Source of the DNA: a virus
Lineage: Duplodnaviria > Caudoviricetes
Length of the DNA stretch: 41,381 bases
IMG/VR virus record: IMGVR_UViG_3300047501_000022
Coordinates: 1 to 41,381 of that record
Strand: one strand, 5' to 3'
Made by a program: the position numbers and the translations under genes. This document shows, piece after piece, positions 35,603-41,381 of the stretch (the stretch's first letter is position 1; the number at the start of each line of letters is the position of its first letter). The notes beneath the pieces are model-generated. The model did no database searches and had not been told where the DNA came from. It saw only the letters and a program-made list of their open reading frames with translations.

Positions 35603-36396
35603 TCTTCATGATACGGAATGCTATCGCACCCGCAATTTATGACATTTTCCAGGTCTGCCCCGGGTGCCCTGGGGAACATCATCTTGACCCCTCCGATATC
35701 AAACGGCTGATCTACTGGAACATGCTGACCATCAGCAGCAAGATGTGACGGTCGAGGAAGCTTAGGATGCCCTGCATGCCACCATTGCTTCTCAAGCCCC
35801 GGCACATTTTTGGCAGATTGTTCCATCCTCAGTTGAGTGGCCTGACTGAAGATCCGGCCTCCCTCTGTCTTCACGATAACTTCGGCACGTGCAGCAATCG
35901 ACGAGAAGATTGATGGACTTGTGAGGTTTTTTCCGATAGCATTCGCTACTTCCTGCGGAGTCTTGCCCCCCATTACGCCAAGATTGAGTTCTGATCTTAT
36001 TTTTAGCCATGCATCATCAGTCAACCCGTCAAGCCGATGGAAAGCGAAATCCTTGAGAACATCAAGTGCATCGCTTGATAGATACCATCCCGTGCGTATT
36101 CCTTCAATGGCAAGGGGCTTGTCGACAAGTTCCTGCCCCCTTTTCCATGTCTCGGACAGCAGGCCGGTCGCCTCTGCTTTTACCTTTGCATTGAAATTTG
36201 AGATCTGCCATTCAATCGAATCAAGATATTTTTTGAGGTGATAGGAATCCCATGAATCTATAGCAGCCTGTCCGATTTCATAAAGCACTTGTCTTTGTAA
36301 TTCTCTGAGCATCCCGAGCATGGATTGCGTTGATGTTTTTATTGCCAAGTCCTTTTCTTTTATGATTCTCTTAAGTTGTGGCGTTACTTTCAGCAT
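35593..36396 (-). CDS. Head morphogenesis/minor head protein (Mu gpF, SPP1 gp7 family)
   Basis: RAEVIVKTE, KQW, RPSH...DGQ, F..GG...FP, INCGC. Confidence 0.88.
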   Translation of the reverse strand: MLKVTPQLKRIIKEKDLAIKTSTQSMLGMLRELQRQVLYEIGQAAIDSWDSYHLKKYLDSIEWQISNFNAKVKAEATGLLSETWKRGQELVDKPLAIEGIRTGWYLSSDALDVLKDFAFHRLDGLTDDAWLKIRSELNLGVMGGKTPQEVANAIGKNLTSPSIFSSIAARAEVIVKTEGGRIFSQATQLRMEQSAKNVPGLEKQWWHAGHPKLPRPSHLAADGQHVPVDQPFDIGGVKMMFPRAPGADLENVINCGCDSIPYHEEWK

Positions 36397-36401
36397 TTCA
36401 G

Positions 36402-37865
36402 TTATGTATACTTACTTGCCATGTAATCTTCATACCCCTTCGCGCTTTCCTCTTTTTCAATTGCACTTAGAACATCATCGGTATCTATTTCGTAGCCAAT
36501 CATTCCCATTGCGAAGGCATATATTTTTACTGCAGTTTGCTTGTCAAGCAGTCCACGATCCATTGCCGTTATGATAGATAACGTGAGTTGTTGTATCGCT
36601 GCCGAATATTTCGATGCATCCTTGCTCGACAATTCCGGCATGTTGATTGTGTACTGGTATGCTTCTTCTTCGGACAGTTTCAGGTAATTGGCTTCCATCG
36701 CCCGACCAATCACTTGGTCAAATATTGTCTCCAAAATGTACTTGAAATATCTCTGCTTGGATGCCATCATTTTGAATGTAGGGGTGCCCATCTCTACACC
36801 AAGGGCGCGGTTTGCATCTTCCCCGCCGCCATACCAAAAAGAAGGTATTCCATGTGCTCCGAGAATGTGATTTCTCAACAGTCTAGCCCCGGTCTCGGCA
36901 TCTTGAGATTTCAAGTCAGGAGTTTTCGGTTCAAGGGTTACCTTATCATTGTGACCAAAGACACTCCCTGATTTCTTTGTGAAGTTCTTGATATGCTTGT
37001 TGATATCATTTTCATCGCCCCCTTCTACCTGCAGATCCCAAATAAACGTATTGAGTAACGGCCACCTGTCGGCATAGTCGAATAGAAACTGTTCATACGC
37101 ATCAAGCCAGTCTGACGTAACAAATATTTCGCTTTTGCCTCGTGGAGCATTGGTCACGTTGTTGATAGAGAAGAAAAAGCACTCTCCATCCAAAAAAGAA
37201 GCCCTCATGGCCTGCGCGCGTGCCGATAAAACAAACTCTGATCCCTCTGGCAATATTATTCTATATTGTCTGGCTTGCACCCCGGCTTCGCTTTTCAGGA
37301 TAAGCCCTATCTGCATCTTTACGTTCTCAGGATCGGTAATGATTTTATCAACCTGCTTGGGATCAATATAACCGAGTCTGATCTTTCCCGTTTGCTGTGC
37401 TATAAATGCCGGGAAAATGAGTTCTCCGTAGATGTGCAGTTCCCTCGCATGTTTCTCGATGTTAATATCCATGCGGTTTACGGGATCATACCAGAAGTCT
37501 TCTAATATTTTCTTTACTTCATCATTCTTCGTATCGTAAGGAACTCCATCAGCAACAATGAAATCCTTGATTATTTCTATGATCCATCGAGCGAGCGGAT
37601 TGGTTTCCCACAGCCAGTATGCAATGTCGATCATGTTCTCCTGCGGAACGTTGAGCAGGTCTCTGGTGGGAGTTGCAGTCAATTTTCTCCATCCTTCATC
37701 TTCCCTGCGATAGCCGGGCGACATAGCTGCCGTCATCGGGGCATTGTTTTTTTCTTTAGTTCCCTTGCTGTCTGACAGATCGATTGTCCCCCTAAAAACT
37801 GTATCGATGAACCTAGATATGAAGCCTTTGCGCTTCGCGCGCTTCGCGGTTGGAACTTCTTTCAT
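36402..37865 (-). CDS. Portal protein
   Basis: 487 aa after TerL; NPLA, IYGE, RGKSE, GIP..W.G...NRA. Confidence 0.88.
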   Translation of the reverse strand: MKEVPTAKRAKRKGFISRFIDTVFRGTIDLSDSKGTKEKNNAPMTAAMSPGYRREDEGWRKLTATPTRDLLNVPQENMIDIAYWLWETNPLARWIIEIIKDFIVADGVPYDTKNDEVKKILEDFWYDPVNRMDINIEKHARELHIYGELIFPAFIAQQTGKIRLGYIDPKQVDKIITDPENVKMQIGLILKSEAGVQARQYRIILPEGSEFVLSARAQAMRASFLDGECFFFSINNVTNAPRGKSEIFVTSDWLDAYEQFLFDYADRWPLLNTFIWDLQVEGGDENDINKHIKNFTKKSGSVFGHNDKVTLEPKTPDLKSQDAETGARLLRNHILGAHGIPSFWYGGGEDANRALGVEMGTPTFKMMASKQRYFKYILETIFDQVIGRAMEANYLKLSEEEAYQYTINMPELSSKDASKYSAAIQQLTLSIITAMDRGLLDKQTAVKIYAFAMGMIGYEIDTDDVLSAIEKEESAKGYEDYMASKYT

Positions 37866-39526
37866 GCTGCAACCCTCCTGCGATAGTGTCTACTCCGAAG
37901 ATCTTTGATGTCTGCATGATAATCGTTTTTGGTAGGTTCACTTGTTACAGTTACGGCTTTGACTAAGCCGCTTTCGCAAAGTGAAAGAAGCGCCTCAAGC
38001 GCATCGGGGCCATCATCGTGCCCGCCCTTGCCCTTAGGACGATAATAAATAAGCTGCCGTTTAAGTTCATACATGCCCTTCTTGAACCTGATCCAACCAT
38101 TCTTAATCCATGGCTGTAATCTAACAATTCTCAGATCCTTATCCGTATTCGGCATGTACTCGTCAATGTTGATCGTCTGCCCTCCGGAATGTGCTATTTT
38201 TTCGAATTGACGTGCGAAGAACTCTTGAAATTGTACTGCCTCTATGCGTAACTTGTCAAACGGCGTCCTCTGATGATGCAGGAGCAAATCTGTCATGATC
38301 TTGTCAGGCTGACGTTTTTCTATATCGGCAATGGTGAGATATAGGATGCTATCCTTCATCATCCCCGCTATGATAGCCGATGGGTCGCTGCGTTTGTTGC
38401 GCTTGCCGAGTGAGGGATCACATGCTCCGGCGTGTAAGGCTCCGGACAAGTCTGCATCTTCCCAATCCACAAACCATTCCTCAAGGAAAACGGCATCCTC
38501 CGGGTTGATTGGTTCATTCTGTTTCTCGCTTTCGAAATATGCAGGCCCTTCCGAAACTCTCATCTTCATGAGATAATAATAATCCTCTACTTCAGGCCAG
38601 AGCACTTTTGTGCCGGCCAGCATTGCAGTTTCATGCTGTGCAAAGAAATCATCAGCCATAGCCTCTGATTCTTTTTGACCTTGTGAAATATCCGAGAATA
38701 TCTCCTCCCACTGTTCCCACAATCTAGATATGGACTTGGCAATTATGGCTTTGAATATCCTTCCCTTCCACCCCGGCTGACGAAACAGGTTTGATAACAG
38801 GCTATCATAATGCAATATCGTCCCGATAACAATATAGACCGTATCCTTTTGTCCTATCTTCATCAGGGCCTTGAAAAACCATCGTTCGAGTTTCTTTCTC
38901 TGTTCTGCTGATTCTACGCTTTCGTCATTTTCCAAGTCATCGACAACAACCACATCCGGCCTTTTGTTGCCATGCCGCACCCCCTTGAACTTCTGCCCTG
39001 CGCCTGCCCCCCTTATTTTCGCGCCATTGCGTGTGACAATCGTATCTGATTTCCATACTGGACCTTCACCGCACATTTCAGGGAAATCCTGCTTTAGGTA
39101 TTCATTGATTTCGAGTTCTGTCTTGATGAAATTGATAAAATCCTCGGCCTGGGTGTTAGTGGCAGATATGATAAGTGCAAACTTGCGCTTCCTGTAAGCG
39201 ATGCACCAGAGAATAAATATCAGGCAGATCCAGGTTGATTTCGCATTTCCTCGAGGAGCTGCATCAACAGCCCTGTCTCCTTTTCCTTCCTTCTCTGCTG
39301 TATTTACCAAAGCTGCATATTTCTTGCACATGTATTTGTGGAAAGCAGAGCATGGTGCATATACATAGTGAGGGAAATATGTCTTGCCGAAATATTCCAG
39401 GTCCTCAGCGCCTTGCTTCTTCCTGTTTTCCCTGGGTTCTCTCCCCTCCGGTAGCGGTGTCACGGAAACCTGCAGGAGCTGTTTGAGTTCTTCAACCTGC
39501 TTCTCGTGATTTCGATTTGTCTTCAA
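37862..39526 (-). CDS. terL: Terminase large subunit
   Basis: APRGNAKST Walker A, RPDVVVVDDLE, IGTILH, CDPS nuclease motif, HDDGPDAL. Confidence 0.95.
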   Translation of the reverse strand: MKTNRNHEKQVEELKQLLQVSVTPLPEGREPRENRKKQGAEDLEYFGKTYFPHYVYAPCSAFHKYMCKKYAALVNTAEKEGKGDRAVDAAPRGNAKSTWICLIFILWCIAYRKRKFALIISATNTQAEDFINFIKTELEINEYLKQDFPEMCGEGPVWKSDTIVTRNGAKIRGAGAGQKFKGVRHGNKRPDVVVVDDLENDESVESAEQRKKLERWFFKALMKIGQKDTVYIVIGTILHYDSLLSNLFRQPGWKGRIFKAIIAKSISRLWEQWEEIFSDISQGQKESEAMADDFFAQHETAMLAGTKVLWPEVEDYYYLMKMRVSEGPAYFESEKQNEPINPEDAVFLEEWFVDWEDADLSGALHAGACDPSLGKRNKRSDPSAIIAGMMKDSILYLTIADIEKRQPDKIMTDLLLHHQRTPFDKLRIEAVQFQEFFARQFEKIAHSGGQTINIDEYMPNTDKDLRIVRLQPWIKNGWIRFKKGMYELKRQLIYYRPKGKGGHDDGPDALEALLSLCESGLVKAVTVTSEPTKNDYHADIKDLRSRHYRRRVAA

Positions 39527-39538
39527 AGCAGCGGTGCT

Positions 39539-39727
39539 CTATTTTACCGCCTGTCCTTTAATATACGATCTTGCCCCTACATAAACAGCTATGAGGCCAT
39601 CAATAACGACTATCCATATTTCAGGAAGATTCGGGTAGTGCTCCAGTACCATAGGGTAAACCGTTGTTATCAGAATCCCTACTACCACAAGCCAAAACTC
39701 AGTTGTTTTTACTGCCGGTTTAAACAT
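39539..39727 (-). CDS. Holin-like two-TM protein
   Basis: 62 aa; KTTEFW; two hydrophobic helices; basic C-terminus; adjacent to a muralytic gene. Confidence 0.65.
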   Translation of the reverse strand: MFKPAVKTTEFWLVVVGILITTVYPMVLEHYPNLPEIWIVVIDGLIAVYVGARSYIKGQAVK

Positions 39728-40097
39728 GCCATTCCCCTTTCTGTTTGCTGTCTGACAGACTTTCTGACAGATAGTACCCTTCCCATTGCGCCATTACCCC
39801 TGCAATGGCGTATACTGAACATGCACACAAAGTTGTTGTGTCGAATACCCCAAGCTGACCGGCCACAAATGTGATGTACTTCTCGGTGTCATTTTCATGT
39901 GGATGGGCAAGCTTCTCGATGAATCCTCTAACAGTGAGCCCTCTTTTCTGGGCAAGTTTAATCTGCCGGTGAGCCGCAATCCATCCGTCCTGGGCGGTGT
40001 AGAATATGGCAAACTCATCAGCATCCTTGCCCATTGCGTTCCTCTGTTTCCTGAACTTGAGATTCACCGGATTATGGTTCCTCTGTGCTCTGGTCAT
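39720..40097 (-). CDS. Lysozyme-fold muralytic protein (RNNNPGNL-type)
   Basis: RNHNPVNLK...FAIF....G....ENDT..Y...WEG. Confidence 0.7.
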   Translation of the reverse strand: MTRAQRNHNPVNLKFRKQRNAMGKDADEFAIFYTAQDGWIAAHRQIKLAQKRGLTVRGFIEKLAHPHENDTEKYITFVAGQLGVFDTTTLCACSVYAIAGVMAQWEGYYLSESLSDSKQKGEWHV

Positions 40098-40111
40098 CCT
40101 TACTCCCTCCC

Positions 40112-40477
40112 TTATTTATAGAACATGGCAGCTATGGCTATGCCACATGCTATTAATGATATCACATACCCTACTATCACCGCTGACTGGTCAGCCTTTC
40201 CTTTAATCGTGGCCAGATATTCTCGAATGTTTCGTAAATCGCCCTCGATTTTGTCAAACTTCAAATCGACCGCCACACGTGTCGCTGAGCTTTCCGATTG
40301 GTTCTTAAGATATTTCAACAATTCATTGCTGGCTTCCAATCTTTGATCAAGGTTCAATTTGGCTAATTCAATCGACCTTTCAATGTTCTTCGTTTTCTCC
40401 ATCATCAGTTCCATCAGGTACTCCTTGAGCGGGACTGTCAGCCTTGAGAATACTTTAGAGATTTCTTCTGTCATCAT
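40112..40477 (-). CDS. Coiled-coil protein with a C-terminal TM helix
   Basis: Helical body; C-terminal AVIVGYVISLIACGIAIAAMF. Confidence 0.65.
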   Translation of the reverse strand: MMTEEISKVFSRLTVPLKEYLMELMMEKTKNIERSIELAKLNLDQRLEASNELLKYLKNQSESSATRVAVDLKFDKIEGDLRNIREYLATIKGKADQSAVIVGYVISLIACGIAIAAMFYK

Positions 40478-40992
40478 TTGGCCATGTTTGGCTTGTATTC
40501 AATTTCATACTTGCTCCGGGCGTGAACCATGAAGTCATCAAAGACGTTCTCTATTACGGGTACCGCCTTCGGTTCATTGCTTTTGAGATAAAGTATCAGA
40601 TCACGCATGAAATTGTAGAACGCATTCATGGTATCCTCATTGGTATACTCTTTCCATTTACACCGGCATTTGAGGTAAAAAAGGATTGCTATGGTATCGC
40701 CTTTCTCCATCTTCTCAAATAGGGCATTTGTGGCCACAGCAGCGCCTTTGGCGGCTCCTTTTTTAATCGCCTCTTCTATCTCCGGGAAGGTAATTTTCTT
40801 ATCTGAAAACACCGAGGGGGAAACTCCTATGCAGCGGGCTATGTCTTCCTGATAGAGTCCCCGTGCAGAAAGGGCCTCTATTTTATTGATAATTTCAGGT
40901 GTTGGAACCCAGTAAGCCCTTGTCCGTCCTTCAGGCTTAGGAGTGTTTGTTCTTGATTTTCTTTTTTCTGGTATTATCCGTAAAGTCTTCAT
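40474..40992 (-). CDS. terS: Terminase small subunit-like HTH protein
   Basis: IEALSARGL..EDIA..IGVS HTH; EAIKKG; ALFEK..GDT.AILFYLK.R..W. Confidence 0.75.
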   Translation of the reverse strand: MKTLRIIPEKRKSRTNTPKPEGRTRAYWVPTPEIINKIEALSARGLYQEDIARCIGVSPSVFSDKKITFPEIEEAIKKGAAKGAAVATNALFEKMEKGDTIAILFYLKCRCKWKEYTNEDTMNAFYNFMRDLILYLKSNEPKAVPVIENVFDDFMVHARSKYEIEYKPNMAK

Positions 40993-40998
40993 AATATA

Positions 40999-41018
40999 CT
41001 GTATCCAGCTGTATCCAG
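40999..41018. repeat. Direct repeat CTGTATCCAG x2 just upstream of terS
   Basis: Exact 10-bp tandem in a 32-bp intergenic gap. Confidence 0.7.
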
Positions 41019-41024
41019 TTTATC

Positions 41025-41174
41025 TTACTTGATTTTTGCCGAGTTTGCTATGGTCCGCTTAATAAATGACTCTGAGACGTCAAAGCGCATTGCTGTCTGT
41101 GCAATAGTAAGATGATATTTTTCTTTTATCAAGCGGATCTTGTCTCTTAGGTATTGCTTATCGGAATCGTCCAT
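41025..41174 (-). CDS. Small HTH protein (49 aa; alternative GTG start at 41192)
   Basis: Not in ORF track; MDDSDKQYLRDKIRLIKEKYHLTIAQTAMRFDVSESFIKRTI. Confidence 0.68.
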   Translation of the reverse strand: MDDSDKQYLRDKIRLIKEKYHLTIAQTAMRFDVSESFIKRTIANSAKIK

Positions 41175-41211
41175 GCGTGCAGTGCTTCTCACTCATTCAC
41201 CTTTGAATCAG

Positions 41212-41240
41212 AGATTACCACGAAATCAAGGATTTGTCAA
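41212..41240 (-). promoter_or_regulatory. Sigma70-like promoter heading the HTH-terS operon
   Basis: TTGACA-17 bp-TAATCT with TG extended -10. Confidence 0.6.
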
Positions 41241-41380
41241 CGTTGGACTGCATCAAAATCTATTAGCGTGTCAGCCACTAACTTTATGTAGCCAATCATG
41301 TCGTACCAGCTATCATGATAATCAGAATCTCCGTTGAGTATCCGCCCAACCTTGTGCGCCACCATCTCCAGTGCCTCTTT
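41237..41380 (-). CDS. DUF6378-like protein, C-terminal part (starts outside the window)
   Basis: KEALEMVAHKVGRILNGDSDYHDSWYDMIGYIKLV. Confidence 0.75.
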   Translation of the reverse strand, partial: KEALEMVAHKVGRILNGDSDYHDSWYDMIGYIKLVADTLIDFDAVQR

Positions 41381-41381
41381 C

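Larger units (their letters stand above)
1..41381. mobile_element. Tailed phage/prophage region (siphovirus-like), boundaries not within the window
   Basis: Complete terminase-portal-capsid-tail gene set on the minus strand plus phage-type early genes; partial ORFs at both edges; no host core genes. Confidence 0.95.

Noticed and set aside
35188-37848. 9-bp tandem repeats at 35188-35218 and 37831-37848 as phase-variation sites
   Set aside because: In-frame duplications in probably disordered regions; copy change would not shift the frame
8720-40722. Numerous plus-strand ORFs in the track (e.g. 15849..16598, 17940..18692, 20652..21281)
   Set aside because: Antisense shadows of well-supported minus-strand structural genes, with no RBS or motifs
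1-41381. Integrase, att core, tRNA genes, stop-codon recoding, host assignment
   Set aside because: None recognised; long genes are intact in the standard code; the host cannot be determined from this sequence

Overview
The whole window is tailed dsDNA phage or prophage sequence, siphovirus-like (tail tube and a 1485-aa tape measure, no sheath). No host housekeeping genes, integrase, tRNA or CRISPR array were recognised. From 41.2 kb down to 7.7 kb the minus strand carries one morphogenesis cluster. It runs: HTH regulator, TerS, three membrane/lysis genes, TerL, portal, Mu-F-like protein, permuted NlpC/P60 amidase, and a ChaB-protease-scaffold-major capsid fusion. Next comes a 9.4-kb block of nine decoration/fibre/adhesin-like genes that all begin with Sec-type signal peptides. 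It continues with a T4-type lysozyme, head-tail joining genes, tail tube, a -1 frameshifted tail chaperone pair, tape measure, baseplate, central fibre and two paralogous tail proteins. The left 7.7 kb holds early/accessory genes: two DNA methyltransferases separated by a canonical integron attC site, a Sak4-like ATPase, two ribbon-helix-helix regulators, several lipoproteins and a candidate ~130-nt structured ncRNA with its own promoter. The most striking signal is the block of signal-peptide-bearing, Cys-paired virion-type proteins, which suggests decorations exported to the periplasm and added to virions at or after lysis (inference). Family assignments come from motif recognition by eye, not database searches.
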